A stretch of 64,000 bases of DNA from an uncultured Christensenellaceae bacterium (GTDB taxonomy: Bacteria; Bacillota; Clostridia; Christensenellales; CAG-314), in NCBI GenBank assembly GCA_910585195.1, contig CAJUCX010000003.1, positions 65,828 to 129,827 of the forward strand, read 5' to 3'. The translations under genes and the position numbers were made by a program. This document shows positions 18,303 through 26,249 of the stretch, in pieces (position 1 is the stretch's first letter; every line of letters begins with the position of its first letter). Under the pieces are notes generated by a model. The model saw nothing but the letters and a program-made list of their open reading frames with translations, was not told the DNA's origin and ran no database searches.

Positions 18303-20282
18303 ATGAAACAAAAGTATTACATCACTACGCCGATATATTATCCTAGCGGCAACTGGCACTTGGGACATTGCTATACAACGGTCATTTGCGACGCAATCGC
18401 GCGTTTTAAGCGAATGGACGGTTTTGATGTATTCTTTTTGACCGGCACCGACGAGCACGGCGTCAAGATAGAAAAACGCGCGGCGGAAAACAATACCACG
18501 CCGAAAGCGTTCGTCGACAATTTAGTTGACAGCATAAAAGACTTGTGGAAGGTGCTCGGCATAAGTTTCGATAAATTTATCCGCACGACCGACGACTATC
18601 ACGTTGCGGCGGTGCAAAAGATATTCAAACAACTTTACGACCAAGGCGATATTTACAAGGCAGAGTACGAGGGGATGTATTGCACTCCTTGCGAATCTTT
18701 CTGGACGGAAAGTCAGCTTGTAGACGGCAAATGCCCCGACTGCGGCAGACCTGTGGAAAAAGCCAAAGAAGAAAGTTATTTCTTCCGTCTTTCCAAATAT
18801 CAAGACAAACTTATAGAGTTGTATAAAAACAATCCCGAGTTTATTTCGCCTAAGTCTAGAATGAACGAAATGATAAACAACTTTATAAAACCCGGGTTGC
18901 AAGACCTTTGCGTATCCCGTACTTCTTTCAAGTGGGGCATACCTGTAACGTTCGACGACAAACACGTAATTTACGTTTGGATTGACGCTTTGACAAATTA
19001 TATAACGGCATTGGGCTACGGAAGCAATGACGACAGTCTGTTCAAAAAATATTGGCCTGCCGATATACATATGGTAGGCAAAGAGATTGTAAGGTTTCAT
19101 ACCATTATATGGCCGGCAATCCTTATGGCTTTGGGTGTGGAAATGCCAAAACAGGTTTACGGACACGGCTGGCTTTTGATAGGCGGCGACAAGATGAGCA
19201 AATCAAAGGGTAACGTAGTCGACCCGTTTGTGCTTTCCGACAGATACGGCGTCGACGCGGTAAGATACTTTTTGTTGCGCGAGGTGCCGTTCGGCAGCGA
19301 CGGCGTCTATACTAACGAGGCGTTGATTGCGCGCACAAATGCAGATTTGGCAAACGACCTCGGCAACTTGGTGTCAAGAACAACCGCAATGATTACTCAA
19401 TATTTCGGCGGAGTCGTGCCAAACAATAAAGCGGCGGAAGATATTGACAAAGACCTTATCTCTTTGTGCGAGAGCGCGCTGGGTAAAGTAAGAGCCGACG
19501 TGGAAAAATTGCTTATTCCCGAAAGTCTCGGCGAGATATTCCGTCTGATTCAACGCGCAAACAAATATATCGACGAAACAATGCCGTGGGTTTTGGCAAA
19601 AGACCCCGAAAAAAAAGACAGACTCGGCACCGTGCTTTATAATCTTGCGGAAACCATAAGAATTTCCGCAGTGTTGCTTGCGCCGTTTATGCCTGCGACC
19701 GCACAAAATATATTTGACAGGTTGCAACTCGGCAAATTGCCGAACGACTTTGCAAGCGTTAAAAAATTCGGCGGACTTAAATCCGGCGGCGGCGTAACCA
19801 AAGGCGACGCGCTGTTCCCTAGACTCGATATGAAGAAAGAACTTGCCGAGTTGGAGAAACTCGCCGCAGAACAGCAAAAGTCTTCCGCAGACGTTAAAAA
19901 ATCTAATGCAAACAAGAACGAAGCCGCCGCACCGACGGGAAAAGAATCGGGAGAAAAAGAGGAAATTACCATTGACGACTTTGCAAAGGTGCAGCTTGCA
20001 ACGGCAAAGGTCGTTGCCTGCGAAAAGGTAGAAAAAAGCGACAAACTGCTTAAACTTACTTTGGACGTCGGCGGAGAGAGCCGCACTGTCGTAAGCGGCA
20101 TTGCGGAGCATTATACGGCGGACTATATGGTCGGCAAAACGGTAGTGATAGTCAAAAACTTAAAGCCTGTCAAACTGCGCGGAATTTTAAGCGAAGGTAT
20201 GATACTTTGCGCTTCAAACGGCAAAGACGTGGTGTTTGTTTCTCCGGAAAAAGAAATAGAAAGCGGCAGCGGGGTAAATTGA
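18303..20282 (+). CDS. metG: Methionine--tRNA ligase with C-terminal tRNA-binding (EMAP/Trbp111-like) domain
   Basis: PSGNWHLGH (HIGH), KMSKSKGN (KMSKS), a CxxC...CxxC knuckle and a C-terminal OB-fold region. Confidence 0.95.
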   Translation: MKQKYYITTPIYYPSGNWHLGHCYTTVICDAIARFKRMDGFDVFFLTGTDEHGVKIEKRAAENNTTPKAFVDNLVDSIKDLWKVLGISFDKFIRTTDDYHVAAVQKIFKQLYDQGDIYKAEYEGMYCTPCESFWTESQLVDGKCPDCGRPVEKAKEESYFFRLSKYQDKLIELYKNNPEFISPKSRMNEMINNFIKPGLQDLCVSRTSFKWGIPVTFDDKHVIYVWIDALTNYITALGYGSNDDSLFKKYWPADIHMVGKEIVRFHTIIWPAILMALGVEMPKQVYGHGWLLIGGDKMSKSKGNVVDPFVLSDRYGVDAVRYFLLREVPFGSDGVYTNEALIARTNADLANDLGNLVSRTTAMITQYFGGVVPNNKAAEDIDKDLISLCESALGKVRADVEKLLIPESLGEIFRLIQRANKYIDETMPWVLAKDPEKKDRLGTVLYNLAETIRISAVLLAPFMPATAQNIFDRLQLGKLPNDFASVKKFGGLKSGGGVTKGDALFPRLDMKKELAELEKLAAEQQKSSADVKKSNANKNEAAAPTGKESGEKEEITIDDFAKVQLATAKVVACEKVEKSDKLLKLTLDVGGESRTVVSGIAEHYTADYMVGKTVVIVKNLKPVKLRGILSEGMILCASNGKDVVFVSPEKEIESGSGVN

Positions 20283-21052
20283 TGATAGATTGTCATACAC
20301 ATTTGGAAGACGAAAGACTGCTTTGCGACGTCGATTGCATAGTAAACGATTTCGATAAAGACGGCATAGAGTTTGTTATAGACGGGTCAAGCAATCTCGA
20401 CACTATGAAGTGCGCTTTCGACCTGTCGCAAAAGTACGGCAAAGTTTATACAACGGTAGGCTGCCACCCAAACGACGCGGCAGGTTTTGACAAACAGATG
20501 GCTGATTTGATGGAAGTTTATGCCGAAAACAAAAAAGTGCTTGCAGTCGGCGAAGTAGGTTTGGACTATCATTACGACGAGCCTTCGAAGGAAATTCAGC
20601 ATAAAGTATTTGTAGAGCAGTTGGCTCTTGCGGAGGCTTTCAAACTGCCGGTTGTTTTGCATATAAGGGATGCTTACGGCGACGCGCTTAAAATTTTGCA
20701 GGACAACAAACCGTTGTTAAAACACGGCGTCGTGCTGCATTGCTACTCGGGCAGCCGCGAAATCGCACAGGAGTTTTTGAAATTGGATTGTTTCTTTTGC
20801 TTCGGCGGCGCAATAACTTTCAAAAACGCCAAAAAAGAAGAAATCATAAAATCAATTCCTTTGGAAAAACTTTTGACGGAAACCGATGCGCCTTATATGA
20901 CGCCCGAGCCGTTCAGAGGCAAGACAAATTATCCCAAATTTATAAAATATACTTATCAAAAAATGTGCGGCGTGTTGGGAGTGTCTTTTGAAGAATTGGA
21001 AGAACTCGTTCGCAAAAACACAAAAAGCATATTTACAAAACTTGCGAAATAA
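20282..21052 (+). CDS. tatD: TatD-family metal-dependent hydrolase/DNase
   Basis: MIDCHTHLED..., EVGLDYHY, HIRDA and ETDAPYM motifs. The ATG overlaps the metG stop (TGATG). Confidence 0.9.
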   Translation: MIDCHTHLEDERLLCDVDCIVNDFDKDGIEFVIDGSSNLDTMKCAFDLSQKYGKVYTTVGCHPNDAAGFDKQMADLMEVYAENKKVLAVGEVGLDYHYDEPSKEIQHKVFVEQLALAEAFKLPVVLHIRDAYGDALKILQDNKPLLKHGVVLHCYSGSREIAQEFLKLDCFFCFGGAITFKNAKKEEIIKSIPLEKLLTETDAPYMTPEPFRGKTNYPKFIKYTYQKMCGVLGVSFEELEELVRKNTKSIFTKLAK

Positions 21053-21173
21053 TCTCCCCGTATTTTTACAAAAAGCGCGGGAGAAAAATGAAAAAAAGTT
21101 ATTAAATACAAACTGTTAAAATAAAAATTACTTTAATAATATCGTGATTAACGGAAAAAGGGACGTGAAAAAT

Positions 21174-21764
21174 ATGAACAATTACGTTTATGAAGTGGGC
21201 GAAAATCTTTACATCAACGTTACAAACAAATGTTCCAACAAATGCTCGTTTTGCATACGCAACGGGCACGACGGAATGAACGGCAAAAACCTGTGGCTCG
21301 ACAAAGAGCCTACCGCGCAGGAAATTATCGACAGCCTGCCGGAGGACTTGACTAAATATAAAGAAGTTGTCTTTTGCGGTTTCGGCGAGCCGACTTACAA
21401 ACTCGACGTAGTATGCCAAGTAGGCAAGTACGTCAAATCAAAAGGTCAGCGCACTCGCATAAATACCAACGGTCAGGCAAATCTTATACACGGCGGCGAC
21501 ATAACCGACCAACTTGTCGGCGCAATCGACGTGATAAACGTCAGTATGAACGCTTCCAACGCAGGGGAGTATCAGCGCATTTGCAACAGTTCTTTCGGCG
21601 AGGTTGCGTTTGTGGCTATGCTTGACTTTGCTTATAAATGTCAAAAACGCGGTATTAACGTCGTTATGTCGGTAGTCGACGTGATAGGCGAAGAAGAAAT
21701 CGCCGCGTGCCAACAGCTTTGCGACAACAAAGGTCTTACTTTGCGCGTAAGGAAGTTTGAATAG
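21174..21764 (+). CDS. Small radical SAM protein (TatD-associated type)
   Basis: CSNKCSFC (CxxxCxxC) near the N-terminus; about 196 aa, immediately after tatD. The start could be ATG 21174 or GTG 21144. Confidence 0.75.
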   Translation: MNNYVYEVGENLYINVTNKCSNKCSFCIRNGHDGMNGKNLWLDKEPTAQEIIDSLPEDLTKYKEVVFCGFGEPTYKLDVVCQVGKYVKSKGQRTRINTNGQANLIHGGDITDQLVGAIDVINVSMNASNAGEYQRICNSSFGEVAFVAMLDFAYKCQKRGINVVMSVVDVIGEEEIAACQQLCDNKGLTLRVRKFE

Positions 21765-22591
21765 TGGAAATTAAATCCGTCTTGCAGCAAAACGAATTCC
21801 GCTTTAATAAAAAATTCGGTCAAAATTTTATTTCCGATACGAATTTGCTGGAAGCGATAGTTTGCGACGCAGGGGTTACAAAAGACGACGTTGTTATAGA
21901 AATCGGCGCGGGCGCGGGGTCTTTGACTTATGCGTTGGCTCAAAAGGCAAAAAGGGTAATTGCCTTTGAAATTGACTTTAACTTAAAAAGCGTGCTTAAA
22001 ACGACTTTGCAGGGACTCAACAATGCAGAAGTTATATTCGGCGACGTGATGGACAAGCCTATCGACGAGATAGAAAGTCTTGCCGGCGGCAGTTTTAAGG
22101 TGGTTGCAAACCTGCCTTATTACATTACTACGCCCGTGCTTATGCGCTTTGTGGAAGAAAGCGCAAATATGTCGTCTATGACGGTTATGGTGCAAAAGGA
22201 AGTTGCCGACAGACTTGTCGCAAAAGCAGGCGGCAAAGACTACGGCAGGATAACCGTTGCGGTGGATTGCTTCGGCGACGCAAAACTTATGCGCAATGTG
22301 TCAAGACAAATGTTTTATCCGCAACCCAACGTAGACAGCGCGGTTGTGAGGATAGACCGCAACAAAAAATATTCCGTTGACGAAAAGCTGCTAAGACAAG
22401 TAGTAAAAAGCGCCTTTGCAATGCGCCGCAAAGTTTTTTCCACCTGCCTTGCCGCAGGGCTCGGCATAAGTAAAGAACAAGCAACGCGCTATATCACGTC
22501 GTTGGGCAAAGACGCGCAGGTAAGGGGAGAAACCTTCACCACACAGGATTTTGTAAACCTTACAAATTTGATAGCGGCAGACGGTAAATAA
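21764..22591 (+). CDS. rsmA: 16S rRNA (adenine1518/1519-N6)-dimethyltransferase
   Basis: FGQNFI, IEIGAGAGSLT and NLPYYITTP motifs. GTG start, with 1-nt overlap with the upstream stop. Confidence 0.92.
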   Translation: MEIKSVLQQNEFRFNKKFGQNFISDTNLLEAIVCDAGVTKDDVVIEIGAGAGSLTYALAQKAKRVIAFEIDFNLKSVLKTTLQGLNNAEVIFGDVMDKPIDEIESLAGGSFKVVANLPYYITTPVLMRFVEESANMSSMTVMVQKEVADRLVAKAGGKDYGRITVAVDCFGDAKLMRNVSRQMFYPQPNVDSAVVRIDRNKKYSVDEKLLRQVVKSAFAMRRKVFSTCLAAGLGISKEQATRYITSLGKDAQVRGETFTTQDFVNLTNLIAADGK

Positions 22592-22611
22592 ATTTTATCT
22601 ACATATATAAA

Positions 22612-22646
22612 CTCTTTTGCAATTTGCAAAGGGGTTTTATTTTTTT
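22612..22646 (+). terminator. Rho-independent terminator after rsmA
   Basis: CTCTTTTGCA-att-TGCAAAGGGG (with G:U pairs) followed by a T-rich run. Confidence 0.7.
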
Positions 22647-22924
22647 GCCGTAAACTGCAATAACAAAAATTAACTGAGGATAAATGTACGTTAGCAAAGC
22701 GAAACGGCATAACAAGTTTCAACAGGGCAAAAGACGAAATAAAATTCAGACGATTTAACAGTGCTTATGCTGTTTTAATTATTGTAAGTTTTAACTGCGG
22801 TAAAACGGCGCGGCATAAGTATTTTTGCAGTAAATTAAAATAAATTTTACCAAAAGCAAAAATAATCGCCAAAAGGCGGCATAAAGGGACACGGCTCTTG
22901 CAATAAAATGTATAAAGGTGAGTT

Positions 22925-23761
22925 ATGTCAGAATATGTAAAGAAGATTTTGGTTTTTGACGAAATAGAAAAAGGCTTTTCGGTAAACAGCAAAAAAGTTT
23001 CCGGCGTGCTTAAAGCGGAAAAAGTCGAAAACAAAAGCAATGCGGAAATTTTCGTAACAAATTTCAACCGACAAAAAGCCGACGAGTTGGAGTACGTTTT
23101 GCGCGTCGGCAGCAAAACTTACAACGGCAAATCCAGCACCGCGAAATTTTGCGTTGCGCTTGACGGCGTGGGACAGTATGACGAAGTGGCCTGCTTGCTT
23201 GCCGCGGTAAACTGCGGCGCGTGCATACCGTTTGCATTTGCGTCAAATACCGATTGCGTTACGGCAGACGTACTTAAACAAAGTTTAACCACGCTGTTGG
23301 AGGAAACACCCACAAAGTATGAAGAATTCGTCTGCGCAACCGACAACTTTTACGCCAAAGACGACGGTTTCGATTTGGACGCCATACGCAAAAACTCTAC
23401 TTCTCGGTTTAAGCCGATAGAAGATTTGCGCGGATACGAGCCGACGGAAGGCAAAAGTTTTTTTGAGGGCGTAAAAGACATACTCAAAAGAATTTTAGAG
23501 ACTTATCCGCCCTGCGACGAACTCAACGACGGCATAAAAAACTCCTTTTGGGTTAAAGTGCCTTTCAGACAGGAAAAGTTTTTCGTGGTCGGCATTGTTG
23601 AAGAAAACTCAAAACCACAATATATAGTTTACGGCGTCCCGGGAGAAAAAAATAAAAAACCGCCCGACAGCAGTTTCCGCTTTTTGCCGCTTAAAAACAA
23701 CAATCAAGGTTTTTGGGCGTTGTATCAAAATATAAATACAGGGTGTTTGGAGGAAAAATAA
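22925..23761 (+). CDS. Hypothetical protein (278 aa), no recognisable catalytic motif
   Basis: The ATG is preceded by AAGGTGAG. It is a soluble protein with a C-terminal WVKVPF...YIVYGVPG...FWALYQNINTG segment. I do not recognise the family. Confidence 0.55.
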   Translation: MSEYVKKILVFDEIEKGFSVNSKKVSGVLKAEKVENKSNAEIFVTNFNRQKADELEYVLRVGSKTYNGKSSTAKFCVALDGVGQYDEVACLLAAVNCGACIPFAFASNTDCVTADVLKQSLTTLLEETPTKYEEFVCATDNFYAKDDGFDLDAIRKNSTSRFKPIEDLRGYEPTEGKSFFEGVKDILKRILETYPPCDELNDGIKNSFWVKVPFRQEKFFVVGIVEENSKPQYIVYGVPGEKNKKPPDSSFRFLPLKNNNQGFWALYQNINTGCLEEK

Positions 23762-23800
23762 ACGCAAAAATTTCCGTACAGATAATTAAATAATGATTTG

Positions 23801-24286
23801 CCGTGTACAAAACTCTTTTGCCTTAATATGAGGAAATATTTAATAAAGTGTTGGTTTTCAAATAAGGCGCTTATTTGAAAACAGGATAGCGTGCTTCACG
23901 CGCCGACAGCCAAAAAAGTAAACGGCGCAAGCCGAGGATTTGCATTTTAATATTTTGAAAATGCGTTGGAAACGCACCGAAGACCAAAAAGATTTCTCGA
24001 CGCAAACTTGACTGTTGCACGGTGTAAACAAAAACTCTTTTGTACTAATGTGCGGAAATCTTTATAAAGTGATTGGTTTTCAAATAAGGCGCTTATTTGA
24101 AAACAGGATAGCGTGCTTCACGCGCCGACAGCCAAAAAAGTAAACGGCGCAAGCCGAGGATTTGCATTTTAATATTTTGAAAATGCGTTGGAAACGCACC
24201 GAAGACCAAAAAGATTTCTCGACGCAAACTTGACTGTTGCACGGTGTAAACAAAAACTCTTTTGTACTAATGTGCGGAAATCTTTT
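23801..24286. repeat. Tandem direct repeat, 222-bp unit, about 2.2 copies, hairpin-dense and non-coding
   Basis: 23851-24063 and 24073-24285 are identical (213 bp). A diverged junction copy lies at 23801-23850. See findings. Confidence 0.95.
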
Positions 24287-24293
24287 TGAACCG

Positions 24294-24322
24294 TTGCCAA
24301 GTTGACAAAATGGTGATATAAT
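24294..24322 (+). promoter_or_regulatory. Promoter of the lipoprotein gene (extended -10)
   Basis: TTGCCA (24294-24299), 17-nt spacer, TGaTATAAT (24314-24322). It abuts the end of the repeat array. Confidence 0.65.
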
Positions 24323-24353
24323 AACTGACGATAAAATTTATTTGGAGCATAAT

Positions 24354-25835
24354 ATGTCAAAGAAAATCTTTGCTACTCTCGTGCTTGCGTTTGCCGCATT
24401 GTTTGCATTCGTAGGTTGTTCGGGAGACAATTACTCATTTACAGCATTAACAGACAACCCTTCCGCCAATGAAGAAGTAAGAAGCAACGGCGGCATTTAC
24501 GTAGAAAAGGGCAAATACAGTTATTTCGTAAACGGCGCTGAAGACGGCACGGGTTCAAACAACTTCGGCGACGAGCATAAAGGCGCAATAGTAAGATGCC
24601 TTACCGCCGACCTTACCAAAAGCGGCAGAACGGTAGAAGTAGTCGTACCTAAAATAGTTTATGCGGGCAATAAAGACTCCGCAGGTTTTTATATCTTCGG
24701 CGACAGAATTTACTACACAACCACAAACAACACCAAAGACGCCAACGGCAACGTGCAGTTTACAAAAATGGACTTTATGTCTGCAAACATAAACGGCACC
24801 GACACAAAGTTGCTTGCAACAGTAGATAAGAATGATATTGCTTATCAAGTTGTTCAAACAGGCGACAGCGTTTATATATTTTATACCGGCACAGATACTA
24901 TTAAAGTAAACGGCGAAGATAAGGAAGTTACTGCGCTTTATCAGATAGATGCTCAAACCAAAGAAGTCAAAATGATTGACAACGACGTTGTTACGTATGC
25001 TTACGACAGAGAAGGCGGAAATACGGTTGCTTATGCAAAACAGGCAGAGCGCAAAACGTCCGCGTCTACCGGTCAAGAGCAGGACGAAACCACTTACAAC
25101 TTGCTTTATAAGTTTGTTGCGGGCAATGAAGAACCGCAACTTATCAAAAACGGCAAGGGTGCAGATATTAAACAAAATTGCAATATGACGGTTATCTCCG
25201 TTGTAAACAACGTTATTTATTATTCTTACACAAGCACGCTGCTCTCAACAAAATATCTTGCAAAATATGACACGGCGGAAAAAACAATCGTGCAAACGTC
25301 GCAAGACTATAAAAACTTTATCCCGTTTGTAGAGGACAACAAAGACGCGATTTACTGTCTTGACGGCAGTTGGATTAAAAAAATAGTTTTCAACAACGGC
25401 GCAATAGAATCGCAAACTTTGCTTTGTATGCCGAGCAGCACAAGCATAACTTTGCAAAAAGTAGTCGGCAATTATCTTTTCTATGCAACAAGCAGTTCGG
25501 ACGACTCAACAAGTGTGCTGTATAGAATAGACTGCGACCAAACCAACCAAACAGAGGCAAAAGTCATTTACGGTACGCTTAGCGACACGTGGGGCAACTA
25601 CGACTTTGCTGTCGTCGGCGAGGGCGAAGACCAAACAGTCGCGGTGTTTTACTTCAACTGGAACGAAAGCGGCAAATTTGCAAACTATTTGTATATGGAC
25701 GTATATCAGCCGAAAGAAGATGACGACGACGCAAAAATAACTTCCAAACGCATAGGCAAACTTACTTCAGGCAATGCCGCAACCGCAAAAGAAAGCGGCG
25801 ACGACGCGCAGGCAGTGGAAAGTTATACAAAATAA
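24354..25835 (+). CDS. Lipoprotein with beta-propeller-like repeats (DUF5050-like)
   Basis: MSKKIFATLVLAFAALFAFVGC has a signal peptide plus lipobox. Recurrent ..IYY/..LFY..blade-like segments are present. The ATG at 24354 lies 6 nt after GGAG. Confidence 0.6.
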   Translation: MSKKIFATLVLAFAALFAFVGCSGDNYSFTALTDNPSANEEVRSNGGIYVEKGKYSYFVNGAEDGTGSNNFGDEHKGAIVRCLTADLTKSGRTVEVVVPKIVYAGNKDSAGFYIFGDRIYYTTTNNTKDANGNVQFTKMDFMSANINGTDTKLLATVDKNDIAYQVVQTGDSVYIFYTGTDTIKVNGEDKEVTALYQIDAQTKEVKMIDNDVVTYAYDREGGNTVAYAKQAERKTSASTGQEQDETTYNLLYKFVAGNEEPQLIKNGKGADIKQNCNMTVISVVNNVIYYSYTSTLLSTKYLAKYDTAEKTIVQTSQDYKNFIPFVEDNKDAIYCLDGSWIKKIVFNNGAIESQTLLCMPSSTSITLQKVVGNYLFYATSSSDDSTSVLYRIDCDQTNQTEAKVIYGTLSDTWGNYDFAVVGEGEDQTVAVFYFNWNESGKFANYLYMDVYQPKEDDDDAKITSKRIGKLTSGNAATAKESGDDAQAVESYTK

Positions 25836-25860
25836 TTTTTATAAACAACGCTACACTTAA

Positions 25861-25886
25861 ATACCGCCGACGGCGGTATTTTTTTG
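25861..25886 (+). terminator. Rho-independent terminator
   Basis: ATACCGCCG-a-CGGCGGTAT followed by T7. Confidence 0.9.
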
Positions 25887-26139
25887 TTTCAAATTATTTA
25901 CGACAGTTTTGCGCAAACTGTAAATATAACCTTGTTTTGCAATTATGCTTTATTGCATTTACGGCGAAAAGCGGCGAAAATGCATATTTTTGCCGAGCAT
26001 TTCGCTTTTTTAACGGCGGTTTTTCTTTTGTTTTTAAGTGCGAGTTGGCAAAAATTGGCAAAAATGCGCGCATTCAGGCGCGTTTGGGCGCAAAAAATAA
26101 AAATTTAAGTAAATAAAGACCGTAAATTTTTATTGCTAA

Positions 26140-26168
26140 TTGACATTTGATTTCACGAGTGTTATTAT
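26140..26168 (+). promoter_or_regulatory. Promoter of the large surface-protein gene
   Basis: TTGACA, 17-nt spacer, TGtTATTAT. Confidence 0.65.
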
Positions 26169-26249
26169 ATTTTATACAAGTAGAGTTTTACAATTTATTG
26201 ATTTAATTTGCGTGTTGGGTGCAAAACTCATTGCGCAAAAGGAGTTGTT

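Noticed and set aside
22684-22758. 24-codon highly basic ORF (MYVSKAKRHNKFQQGKRRNKIQTI) after the rsmA terminator.
   Set aside because: The GAGGA is only about 3 nt from the ATG, there is no recognisable family, and the ORF is too short to separate from chance. It would need Ribo-seq or conservation evidence.
25884-26108. 74-aa ORF in the 414-bp gap between the lipoprotein and adhesin genes.
   Set aside because: It has no SD and begins inside the upstream terminator's T-run, and its translation looks non-protein-like. The region does contain small hairpins (ACAGTTT-tgcgc-AAACTGT; TGCATTT...AAATGCA) but nothing I can support as a distinct feature.
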